From NCBI RefSeq assembly GCF_030812335.1, contig NZ_JAUSSN010000005.1:189547-221546 (forward strand): a stretch of DNA of 32,000 nucleotides, in the 5' to 3' direction. Positions within the stretch are counted from its first letter, which is position 1; each line of letters opens with the position of its first letter. This document shows positions 24,534 to 31,891 of this stretch, in pieces. Position numbers and translations under genes: made by a program. This DNA comes from Pseudarthrobacter oxydans (GTDB taxonomy: Bacteria; Actinomycetota; Actinomycetes; Actinomycetales; Micrococcaceae). The notes under the pieces are model-generated. The model had not been told where the DNA came from. It saw only the letters and a list, made by a program, of their open reading frames with translations, and did no database searches.

Positions 24534-25592
24534 CTACCAGGTGCGCCGGGCACCGGTAAGGAGCTCAGTACCGGGCCGGCGCCACTTGGGCTCCTGGTCC
24601 AGGGTGTGGGTGGTGATTCCACGCAGCGCCCTGATGGCCGAACCGTACGGGCGGATGGTGTTCGTTGAGAGCTTTCCGCCGGGAGGCTCATCCATAAAGG
24701 GCATGAACTTGTCCGGGAACCCCGGCATGGTGCAGCCGATGCAGATGCCGCCGACATTCGGGCAGCCGCCGACGCCGTTCATCCAGCCGCGTTTGGGGAC
24801 GTTGCACTTGACCACCGGGCCCCAGCAGCCGAGCTTGACGATGCATTTGGGGGAGCCATACTCGGTGGCGAAGTCACCCTGTTCGTAGTAGCCGGCCCGG
24901 TCACACCCCTCATGAACAGTCTGGCCGAAAAGCCACGTGGGCCGCAGTGCGTCGTCCAGCGGAATCATCGGCGCCTGGCCGGTGGCCTGATAGAGCAGGT
25001 AGGTCATTGTTTCGGAGAGATTGTCCGGCTGGATCGGGCACCCCGGAACGCAGACGATGGGGATCCCCGCCTTGGACTTCCAGTTGTAGCCGAGGTAATC
25101 CGGCACGCCCATGGCCCCGGTGGGGTTTCCCGCCATCGCGTGGATGCCGCCGTAAGTGGCGCAGGTCCCCGCCGCGATGATGGCGGTGGCCTTGGGGGCC
25201 AGGCGGTCGAGCCATTCGCTGGTCGTGATCGGCTGGCCGGTCTCGAGGTCGTTCCCGAATCCGCACCAGTAGCCGCCGGGGGCGTGGAGCTTTTCGTTGG
25301 GGATGGACCCCTCCACCACGAGGACAAACGGCTCCAGTTCGCCGCGGTCCGCCTTGCGGAACCACTCCAGGAAGTCGTCGGCCCCTTCCTGCGGTCCGCA
25401 TTCGAAGTCGATCAGGGGCCAATGCATGGCAATGCGCGGCAGGCCGGGCAGGGCGCCGAGGGCTATCTCCTCGACGCTGGGCTGCGTGGCCGCCGTCAGG
25501 GCCACAGAATCGCCGTCGCAGCTGAGCCCTGCGTTGATCCACAGCACATGGATAAGGGTTTCTTCGGCCTTCAGAGAAGTTTCAGTAGGCAT
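24534..25592 (-). CDS. hhyS: [NiFe]-hydrogenase small subunit, group 1h, without a Tat signal
   Basis: 352 aa. MPTETSLKAEETLIHVLWINAGLSCDGDSVALT... begins directly at the conserved core with no RRxFxK leader. Multiple FeS Cys motifs are present (GTCATYGG, CPIQPD, CIGCTMPGFPD). Confidence 0.95.
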   Translation of the reverse strand: MPTETSLKAEETLIHVLWINAGLSCDGDSVALTAATQPSVEEIALGALPGLPRIAMHWPLIDFECGPQEGADDFLEWFRKADRGELEPFVLVVEGSIPNEKLHAPGGYWCGFGNDLETGQPITTSEWLDRLAPKATAIIAAGTCATYGGIHAMAGNPTGAMGVPDYLGYNWKSKAGIPIVCVPGCPIQPDNLSETMTYLLYQATGQAPMIPLDDALRPTWLFGQTVHEGCDRAGYYEQGDFATEYGSPKCIVKLGCWGPVVKCNVPKRGWMNGVGGCPNVGGICIGCTMPGFPDKFMPFMDEPPGGKLSTNTIRPYGSAIRALRGITTHTLDQEPKWRRPGTELLTGARRTW

Positions 25593-25614
25593 TGTTGCCT
25601 CTTTCGGAGGCCCT

Positions 25615-26463
25615 TTAGGGGCTCAGTGTGTCCGTCAAAGATCCAGTCAAAGTGGCTGACCGGGAACTGGTTCCGCCGAGCCAGTCATACCAGCCGGCGA
25701 GGCCATCGCCGGTGGTGGCCGAAAGGACCAGGAAATCGGTGCGCGGATTGAGCTGACGGGCCCTGCGCCGGAACCCGTCGACGTCGAAATCAACGTAGGG
25801 GAGCAGATCCGACTTGTTGATGATCACCAGATCGGCTGCCCTGAACATGTGCGGGTATTTCTGCGGCTTGTCATCACCTTCCGTCACGGAAACGACTACT
25901 ACTTTCGCTGCTTCGCCGAGGTCAAACAGGGCGGGGCAGACCAGGTTGCCCACGTTCTCGATGAACACCGTGGACCCGGTTCCGGGATCCAGGGCGTCCA
26001 GCCCCCGCCGGAGCATGTCGGCGTCCAGATGGCAGCCGGCACCGGTGTTGATCTGGACGACGGGCCGTCCCACCGCACGGATGCGGTCCGCGTCCAGGGA
26101 CGTCTCCTGATCGCCCTCGACGACGCCGGCCTGCAACCGCTCGCCCAGGTCGGCGAGGGTGCGGACCAGCAGCGTGGTCTTGCCCGCCCCCGGGGAGCTC
26201 ATCACGTTCAGCGCGCGGATTCCCCGGCCTTCCAGCCAGCCCCGGTTCCTCGCCGCGAGCAGCTCGTTTTTCGCGAGCAGGCTCTGTTCCAGCGGGATGG
26301 TTTCCGGGTTGTGAACGTGCGGGTGCTCGTGGTCCGGACCGTGGTCGTGTGTGTGCCCGTGGGAATGGTCGTGCGGGTGCACGGGCAGCGGTGCGCTTGA
26401 GGATTCCTGCAGTGTGGAAACCCTGACGTTCGTTTCGTCGCCGCATCCGCATGTTGTACACAC
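25615..26463 (-). CDS. hypB: Hydrogenase nickel-incorporation GTPase HypB
   Basis: N-terminal MCTTCGCG high-affinity metal site, His-rich tract HPHDHSHGHTHDHGPDHEHPHVH, and P-loop SSPGAGKTTLL. GTG start with GGAGGTGG upstream. Confidence 0.95.
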   Translation of the reverse strand: MCTTCGCGDETNVRVSTLQESSSAPLPVHPHDHSHGHTHDHGPDHEHPHVHNPETIPLEQSLLAKNELLAARNRGWLEGRGIRALNVMSSPGAGKTTLLVRTLADLGERLQAGVVEGDQETSLDADRIRAVGRPVVQINTGAGCHLDADMLRRGLDALDPGTGSTVFIENVGNLVCPALFDLGEAAKVVVVSVTEGDDKPQKYPHMFRAADLVIINKSDLLPYVDFDVDGFRRRARQLNPRTDFLVLSATTGDGLAGWYDWLGGTSSRSATLTGSLTDTLSP

Positions 26464-26466
26464 TTG

Positions 26467-26796
26467 CTACGCCACCTCCACCGACATCAGCATGAGTTCG
26501 CGGCCGCTGAGGATTTCGACGTCGGCGCTTCCGCAGGGACACAGCAGGATCAGGTCGGCCGGTTCGAACTCGTCGTGGCAGTTTCTGCACCGGGCCAGGC
26601 CGCGCGGTTCGTCGATCATCAACTGGGCGCCGTCCAGAGGGGTGCCCGCGGATGCGACGTCGAAGCAGAAGCGCATTGCATCCGGGAGAACACCGGACAG
26701 GGGGCCCACCTGCACGTTGACCGCAATGACTTTCCGCTCGCCGGTTCGGTCGAGGACGGCTTCAACAAGGCTCTGGGTAATAGAGAGTTCGTGCAT
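26467..26796 (-). CDS. hypA: Hydrogenase nickel insertion protein HypA
   Basis: 109 aa from ATG 26796, preceded by GGAAGGAG. MHELSITQSLVEAVL (MHE nickel site) and zinc motifs CRNCHDEF...CPCGS. The rest of track ORF 26467..27123 is rejected. Confidence 0.92.
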   Translation of the reverse strand: MHELSITQSLVEAVLDRTGERKVIAVNVQVGPLSGVLPDAMRFCFDVASAGTPLDGAQLMIDEPRGLARCRNCHDEFEPADLILLCPCGSADVEILSGRELMLMSVEVA

Positions 26797-26815
26797 GGCG
26801 GCACTCCTTCCTGCC

Positions 26816-26844
26816 AAGATAGGCGCGGGCCAGATAAAACACAA
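26816..26844 (-). promoter_or_regulatory. Candidate sigma-70-type promoter for the hypA-hypB-hhySL operon
   Basis: The minus strand reads TTGTGT (26844-26839), 17 nt, TATCTT (26821-26816), about 20 nt before the hypA ATG. Identified by pattern only. Confidence 0.3.
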
Positions 26845-26932
26845 CCACCCGAAGTTACGCGGGCGTATACTGCCGCTAAAGCGGCCATGCCGACGCGGCA
26901 GCGGGACCGCAAGGGGAACCCGAGGCTGGATC

Positions 26933-28066
26933 ATGGAGCAACCGGAGGTTACGCGCCAGGGCCGAATCCGCGGCGCGCGCAGTGCCCTTTCAGGCCGGGA
27001 GTGGGCATCGGTCGGCGGAATGGTCATGTTCGTCGCTTTCCTCCACGTCCTGGGCTGGGGCGTCCTGGCCGGGGTGGCGGACCCGCGAAACGTCCCCGTC
27101 GGTTCCACCGGAGTCTTTGGCATCGGCCTCGGCGTAGCCGCCTACACGCTGGGCCTGCGCCACGCATTCGACGCCGACCACATCGCCGCGATCGACAACA
27201 TCACCCGCAAGCTCCGTGCCGATGGCAAGCGCAGCATGTCCGTGGGTTTCTGGTTTTCGCTGGGCCACTCGAGCATAGTGTTCGGCCTGTGCGCGCTGCT
27301 GGCGGCCGGAATCCGCAGCCTGGCGGACCCGGCCGCCGAGGGAACGTCGGAGCTCCATTCCTTTCTGGGCCTGGTGGGCACCACAGTCTCCGGCGTGTTC
27401 CTGGTGGGCATCGGCGTCCTGAACCTGGTGGTGCTGCGGGGCATTATCCGGTCCGTAGCGCGGATGCGGAAGAGTGAAGAATCCGGGGCAGACCTGGCAG
27501 GGCAGGGGCCCCCGCCGGGTGTGCTGTACCGGGTGTTCGGCCGGGTCACACGGCTGGTGACCCGTCCGTGGCACGTGTACGGCGTCGGACTGCTGTTCGG
27601 GCTCGGCTTCGACACCGCCACCGAGGTCAGCCTCCTGATTCTGGCCGGCGGCGCCGCGGCTTCCGCACTGCCCTGGTACGCGATCATGACGCTGCCCGTG
27701 ATCTTTGCCGCGGGGATGAGCCTGCTGGACTCCCTGGACGGGTGCCTCATGAACTTCGCCTACGGCTGGGCCGTGTCCCGGCCGGTCCGCCGGATCTATT
27801 ACAACATCGTCATAACGGCGCTGTCGGTGGCCGTGGCACTGGGCATCGGCTCCATCGAACTGGTGTCAATCCTCGTGGAACGGGCCGGGATCAGCACGGG
27901 CCCGCTGTCCGCAATCGGCGGCATCGACCTGGACTCGGTGGGGTACACGGTTGTCGCCCTGTTCCTGGGCACCTGGGTGCTGGCCATGGGGGTGTGGCGG
28001 TTCGGCCATATTGAGGAACGCTGGACGGCTCCGGTGAGGAACCCCGACCCCGGCACTGGTGGCTAG
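26933..28066 (+). CDS. hoxN: Nickel/cobalt permease, NiCoT family (HoxN/HupN/NixA)
   Basis: 377 aa from ATG 26933. NiCoT signature LRHAFDADHIAAIDN in TM2, plus FLGLVGT..., LFGLGFDTATE. Divergent from hypA. Confidence 0.92.
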   Translation: MEQPEVTRQGRIRGARSALSGREWASVGGMVMFVAFLHVLGWGVLAGVADPRNVPVGSTGVFGIGLGVAAYTLGLRHAFDADHIAAIDNITRKLRADGKRSMSVGFWFSLGHSSIVFGLCALLAAGIRSLADPAAEGTSELHSFLGLVGTTVSGVFLVGIGVLNLVVLRGIIRSVARMRKSEESGADLAGQGPPPGVLYRVFGRVTRLVTRPWHVYGVGLLFGLGFDTATEVSLLILAGGAAASALPWYAIMTLPVIFAAGMSLLDSLDGCLMNFAYGWAVSRPVRRIYYNIVITALSVAVALGIGSIELVSILVERAGISTGPLSAIGGIDLDSVGYTVVALFLGTWVLAMGVWRFGHIEERWTAPVRNPDPGTGG

Positions 28067-28102
28067 CGGGCCCGGTCGTACCGCTTCATCTAGGGTTGTT
28101 CC

Positions 28103-28408
28103 ATGCCGTCGTTCCAGACCAGACTGAAGATCACCGGGCTCAAGCCGGGCAACCCGCCGGAGTCCGTGATGGCCGCTGCCGTCGAAGCCCTGGAGACGCG
28201 GCACCACGTCGAGGCGAACCAGCTGGACCTGGCCGGCGGGGTTCCGCAACTGAACCTGCGCTTCCTGGTCGAGCCCACCTCGTACAGCAGCGAGAACCGC
28301 CAGGCGCTCGAGTCGGCCGCGATGATGCGCGACGCCGTCGAACGCGTGGCGGTGACCGGCCATCTGATGGTGCTCCGCCGCAACCGCGGCCGCTGGGCGC
28401 CCGTCTAG
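28103..28408 (+). CDS. Hypothetical protein, 101 aa, downstream of the nickel permease
   Basis: Normal amino-acid composition and high GC3 (MPSFQTRLKITGLKPGNPPESVMAAAVEALETRHHVEANQLDL...). The antisense ORF 28090..28383 is Ser/Arg/Trp-rich. There is no good SD and I recognise no homolog. Confidence 0.5.
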   Translation: MPSFQTRLKITGLKPGNPPESVMAAAVEALETRHHVEANQLDLAGGVPQLNLRFLVEPTSYSSENRQALESAAMMRDAVERVAVTGHLMVLRRNRGRWAPV

Positions 28409-28424
28409 TCGGGTTCCGCCCGCT

Positions 28425-29069
28425 TCAGAAGTCGAGTTCCTCGTCGGGTCCGTCCACGACGGGGGAGCGGTTGCCGCGCCTGCGCGTGACGATCACGCCC
28501 AGGATGACTCCGACCAGGACCCCGACGCCGACGCCGATCAGGGAGCTCGCCCAGAACGGCAGCCCGGTGGCTGCGCCGGTGACATAGCCGAGACTGACGG
28601 ACCAGACGGCCCAGAGGAGGCCGCCGAGGGCCGCGCAGAGGCTGAATCCGCGGGTGGAGACGTTGGCGATGCCGGCGGCGGCCGTTGTCGCCAGCCGTCC
28701 GCCCGGGATGAAGCGGATTCCGATGATCGCCCCGTAGGTGGTGGACCGGCCGGCTTTCGCGATGGCGGTGTGGACGGCCTGATGGAACGACCGGCCCCAC
28801 CGCCAGCGGTCCAGGGTATGGCTCAGGCGCCGCTTGAAGAGCTGGAACACCAGGATGTCGCCCAGCCAGGACGCTGCGGCGGCCAGGAAAACCACCAGGA
28901 AGGCGTTGGCGCGCCCGACGGCGGACAGGGCGCCGCCGGTGATGACCACCATTTCGGAGGGGAGGGGCGGGAAAAGGGCATCGCCCATAACAACCGGGAT
29001 GATCCAGAAATAGATCGCGTCCCCCCAGCCGTCTGCGCTGCCGAAGTCCATGGGCACAAGGTACCTCAT
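28425..29069 (-). CDS. DedA/VTT-domain (SNARE-associated) membrane protein
   Basis: ...FPPLPSEMVVITGGAL... followed by several TM segments and RFIPGGR, typical of the DedA family. The start is ambiguous between ATG 29069 and ATG 29051. Confidence 0.78.
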   Translation of the reverse strand: MRYLVPMDFGSADGWGDAIYFWIIPVVMGDALFPPLPSEMVVITGGALSAVGRANAFLVVFLAAAASWLGDILVFQLFKRRLSHTLDRWRWGRSFHQAVHTAIAKAGRSTTYGAIIGIRFIPGGRLATTAAAGIANVSTRGFSLCAALGGLLWAVWSVSLGYVTGAATGLPFWASSLIGVGVGVLVGVILGVIVTRRRGNRSPVVDGPDEELDF

Positions 29070-29119
29070 TTCCGGGCTGCCGCCCGTCCGTGGCGTCGGG
29101 CTTAGCTTCCTGCGGCCGC

Positions 29120-30097
29120 TCAGCGGGCTTCGCTGAGCTCCAGCCCGCTGCGGTACTCCACCGGCTTGCCGGTGATCGGGTCGGCGAACCGGATCCCGCG
29201 CGCGAGCAGCTGGAGCGGTTTCGAGTAATCGTCCGGCGCCTTGTCCAGCAGCTCAGGGTAGAAGGCGTCGTTGACGATCCCCAGTCCCAGGGAGGCCATG
29301 TGCACGCGGAGCTGGTGGGTCTTGCCCGAGTGCGGCTCGAGCCGGTACAGCGCACGGCGACCGGCGGCGCCGTCGTCCCCGGTACCCGGGACCTTCCCTG
29401 GGGGAGTGTCTGGGCCGGGTCCGGGGAAGGTCTGCAGCCGTTCGATCCGGGTTTCGGCGTTGGGCTCGCCGGCGATCACCTCGGCGAGCAGGTAGCTGCG
29501 GGACTTCGTCATCCGATTCCGGACCACCACGGGGAAGTCGACGGCGGGGTGCCCGGGCGCGGGCCGGGCCGCGGCCACACACTCGTATTCCTTCTGGACC
29601 TGGCGCTTTTCGAAGAGCACCTGGTATTTGCCCCGGGTCTCGGGATTTGTGGAGAGCAGCAGGATCCCGGCGGTCATGCGGTCCAGCCGGTGCATGGGAA
29701 TGAGGTCGGGCAGGTTCAGCTGGTTCCGGAGCCGCACCAGCGCGGACTCCTGGATGTAGGTGCCGCCGGGGGTGGTGGGCAGGAAGTGCGGCTTGTCCAC
29801 TACAAGGAGGTGGTCGTCCTGGTGCAGGATGTTCAGTTCCACCGGGATCCGGACTTCCGGCGGCAGGGTGCGGTAGTACCAGATGAAGGTGTGGTTCCGC
29901 AGCGGGGTGGCGCGGTCCAGGGCGATGCCGGCCTCGCCCACGATCTCGCCGGCGTCGAAGCGGTCCTCGATGCCCTGGGGGTCGATATGGCCCCAGCGGT
30001 GCATCATGTAGTCCATTGCGGTGTCCCAGGGCCCCTCGTCCGGGAGGCGGAGGCGGGTCGCGTTGACGCCGTCGCGCACGGGCAGGGGGGATTGCAT
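29120..30097 (-). CDS. RluA-family pseudouridine synthase
   Basis: 325 aa. ILHQDDHLLVVDKPHFLPTTP and catalytic HRLDRMTAGILLL. ATG 30097 is preferred over GTG 30100. Confidence 0.88.
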   Translation of the reverse strand: MQSPLPVRDGVNATRLRLPDEGPWDTAMDYMMHRWGHIDPQGIEDRFDAGEIVGEAGIALDRATPLRNHTFIWYYRTLPPEVRIPVELNILHQDDHLLVVDKPHFLPTTPGGTYIQESALVRLRNQLNLPDLIPMHRLDRMTAGILLLSTNPETRGKYQVLFEKRQVQKEYECVAAARPAPGHPAVDFPVVVRNRMTKSRSYLLAEVIAGEPNAETRIERLQTFPGPGPDTPPGKVPGTGDDGAAGRRALYRLEPHSGKTHQLRVHMASLGLGIVNDAFYPELLDKAPDDYSKPLQLLARGIRFADPITGKPVEYRSGLELSEAR

Positions 30098-30243
30098 CAC
30101 CGGTCCATTCTACTTTGCCGGCCCCGCCCCGCCCGCCGGTGGCCCGCGGCGAGATCGCCGGAAGCATTCGATTTCGCCGTAAGCCGCCGGCGAGCCAGCA
30201 GGCCTCCGGAGACCTCGGCGCACGGACCCGGCGCACCATCCCT

Positions 30244-30291
30244 CCGACGGTTAAAAAGTTCTTGACAAATAAAACTGTCGGTGGCCACACT
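30244..30291 (+). promoter_or_regulatory. Candidate promoter plus operator for the ArsR-SRPBCC operon, probably giving a leaderless mRNA
   Basis: TTGACA (30262-30267), 18 nt, CACACT (30286-30291, fitting the actinobacterial ANNNT -10). The ATG at 30298 is 6 nt after the -10. An inverted repeat CCGACGGTT (30244-30252) / AACTGTCGG (30273-30281), 8/9 complementary, brackets the -35. Confidence 0.4.
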
Positions 30292-30297
30292 GGAAGC

Positions 30298-30960
30298 ATG
30301 TTGGACATCGAAGTGATCGAAGACCCGGCCGCGGCGGAGGCCTCGCTGGACCCGATCCGGACCCGCATCCTGATGGAGCTCGCCGAACCCGGCTCGGCCA
30401 CACAGCTCGCCGCGAAAGTGGGCCTGCCGCGCCAGAAGGTCAACTACCACCTGAAGGCCCTGGAACGCCACGGGCTGGTGGAGCTCGTGGCGGAGCGCCG
30501 CAAGGGCAACGTCACGGAGCGCATCCTGCAGGCCAGCGCCGCCTCGTACCTGATTTCCCCGGCGGCGCTGGCCTCCGTGGCCCCGGACCCGCACCGGTTC
30601 TCCGACCGGTTTTCGGCCTTCTGGCTGCTGGCGCTCGCCAGCCGCATGGTCCAGGAGATGGGCCAGCTCATCACCGGCGCCGTCGCAGCCAAACAGCACC
30701 TCGCCACGTTTGCCATCGACGGCGAGATCACCTTCCGCACCGCCGCGGACCGGGCCGCGTTCGCCGAGGAACTGGGCGTCGCGGTGACCCGGCTCGTGGA
30801 CAAATACCACGACGGCGTAGCGGGGGTACCGGCGGAGAGCACCACCGCGGGCGGCGGACGCAAGCACCGCCTCGTCGTCGCGCTTCACCCAACACTGAAA
30901 ACGGCACCACACAAGGCGCCACCCACACACCCATCAGCTAAGGAGCAGGACAATGACTGA
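30298..30960 (+). CDS. ArsR/SmtB-type winged-helix transcriptional regulator with a C-terminal extension
   Basis: 220 aa from ATG 30298. LDPIRTRILMELAEPGSATQLAAKVGLPRQKVNYHLKALERHGLVEL. Confidence 0.8.
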   Translation: MLDIEVIEDPAAAEASLDPIRTRILMELAEPGSATQLAAKVGLPRQKVNYHLKALERHGLVELVAERRKGNVTERILQASAASYLISPAALASVAPDPHRFSDRFSAFWLLALASRMVQEMGQLITGAVAAKQHLATFAIDGEITFRTAADRAAFAEELGVAVTRLVDKYHDGVAGVPAESTTAGGGRKHRLVVALHPTLKTAPHKAPPTHPSAKEQDND

Positions 30961-31645
30961 CAAGCGCAACTTCGAAATCATCGTTGACACGGAACTGCCC
31001 GCCACCCCGGAACGCGTCTGGGAGGCGGTCACCAAGAACGAGGCCGGCTGGATGTTCCCCACCGACGAGTGGCCGGCCGTGCGGCCCGTCGAGGACTACC
31101 CCCGCCACCTGGTCTCGCGGATGGAGGGCCCGGACGGCTGGTTCAACCAGCTGGAGCATGTGCTGGAACCGCTCGACGGGGGCCGCGCCCGGCTGCACTA
31201 CGTCCACAGCGGCATCTTCACCGAGAACTGGGACCAGCAGTACGACGGCGCCTCCAAGCACACCGAGTTCTACCTGCACACCCTCGGCCAGTACTTGAAG
31301 TACTTTGACGGCAAGCCGGTGGTGTTCACGGACATCCAGGCACCTGCCGCCTCGGCGGCGCCGGACGGCTTTGTGCGGCTCAGGAAGGCCCTGGGCGTGG
31401 AAGGCGCGGAGCCCGGCAGCACCGTGGAGCTGGAGCTCGACGGCGTCGGCCAGCTCGCGGGGGAGGTGGACTTCGCCAACGAGAACTTCCTCGGCCTGCG
31501 CACCGCGGACACGCTGTACCGGTTCTTCGGCCGCAATGCCTTCGGCGCCACGGTCGGCATGACCGTCCACGATTTCAGCGGCGGCGGGGATTCCGAATCC
31601 ACGGCGAAGGCATGGGGCGGGTTCCTCGGGAAGGTCTACGCCTAA
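30953..31645 (+). CDS. SRPBCC-superfamily (AHSA1/START-like) protein
   Basis: 230 aa. MTDKRNFEIIVDTELPATPERVWEAVT... The start overlaps the ArsR gene by 8 nt (ATGACTGA). ArsR plus SRPBCC is a common actinobacterial gene pair. Confidence 0.78.
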   Translation: MTDKRNFEIIVDTELPATPERVWEAVTKNEAGWMFPTDEWPAVRPVEDYPRHLVSRMEGPDGWFNQLEHVLEPLDGGRARLHYVHSGIFTENWDQQYDGASKHTEFYLHTLGQYLKYFDGKPVVFTDIQAPAASAAPDGFVRLRKALGVEGAEPGSTVELELDGVGQLAGEVDFANENFLGLRTADTLYRFFGRNAFGATVGMTVHDFSGGGDSESTAKAWGGFLGKVYA

Positions 31646-31679
31646 CCCGCCCGCACCTTCTGGCGGCGGGGCGGCCTGC

Positions 31680-31837
31680 GGCGACACCGGAAATCCCGGG
31701 CGACACGCAAACGTGCCGGCGACGCGAGGCCTGCTCGGCGACACCCAAAACCCAGGCCGACACGCAAAAGTCCTGGCGACGCCGGAGTAAGGGCGCGCCA
31801 GGACTTTTGCGCGTCGTGGAGTAGTTTCCGCGTCGCC
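31680..31837. repeat. Array of eight 19-nt repeat units with a GGCGAC[AG]C core: six direct, a 6-nt spacer, then two inverted
   Basis: Direct units: U1 31680 GGCGACACCGGAAATCCCG; U2 31699 GGCGACACGCAAACGTGCC; U3 31718 GGCGACGCGAGGCCTGCTC; U4 31737 GGCGACACCCAAAACCCAG; U5 31756 GCCGACACGCAAAAGTCCT; U6 31775 GGCGACGCCGGAGTAAGGG. Spacer CGCGCC. Inverted units at 31800-31818 (reverse complement CACGACGCGCAAAAGTCCT) and 31819-31837 (reverse complement GGCGACGCGGAAACTACTC). U5 and its inverted copy form a perfect 16-bp hairpin: CGCAAAAGTCCTGGCG (31763-31778) with CGCCAGGACTTTTGCG (31795-31810). Confidence 0.75.
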
Positions 31838-31891
31838 GGGCCCCACCAGCGCACCCACCGCGGCCCTTGGGCGGGTGCCCGGCGGCGGGTG

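Noticed and set aside
26797-26932. Cobalamin or NiCo riboswitch in the hoxN leader (the AAGGGGAACCCGAGG segment resembles part of a B12 core)
   Set aside because: At most about 50-60 nt are available between the candidate -10 and the ATG, which is too short. There is no B12 box and no four-way NiCo architecture. The resemblance is limited to one short purine-rich segment.
31680-31837. CRISPR array or coding tandem repeat interpretation of the 19-nt repeats (track ORFs 31575..31763, 31612..31824 and 31642..31854)
   Set aside because: The units are contiguous with no spacers, the period is not divisible by 3, there are no cas genes, and the ORFs are low-complexity. I therefore treat it as a non-coding repeat or hairpin.
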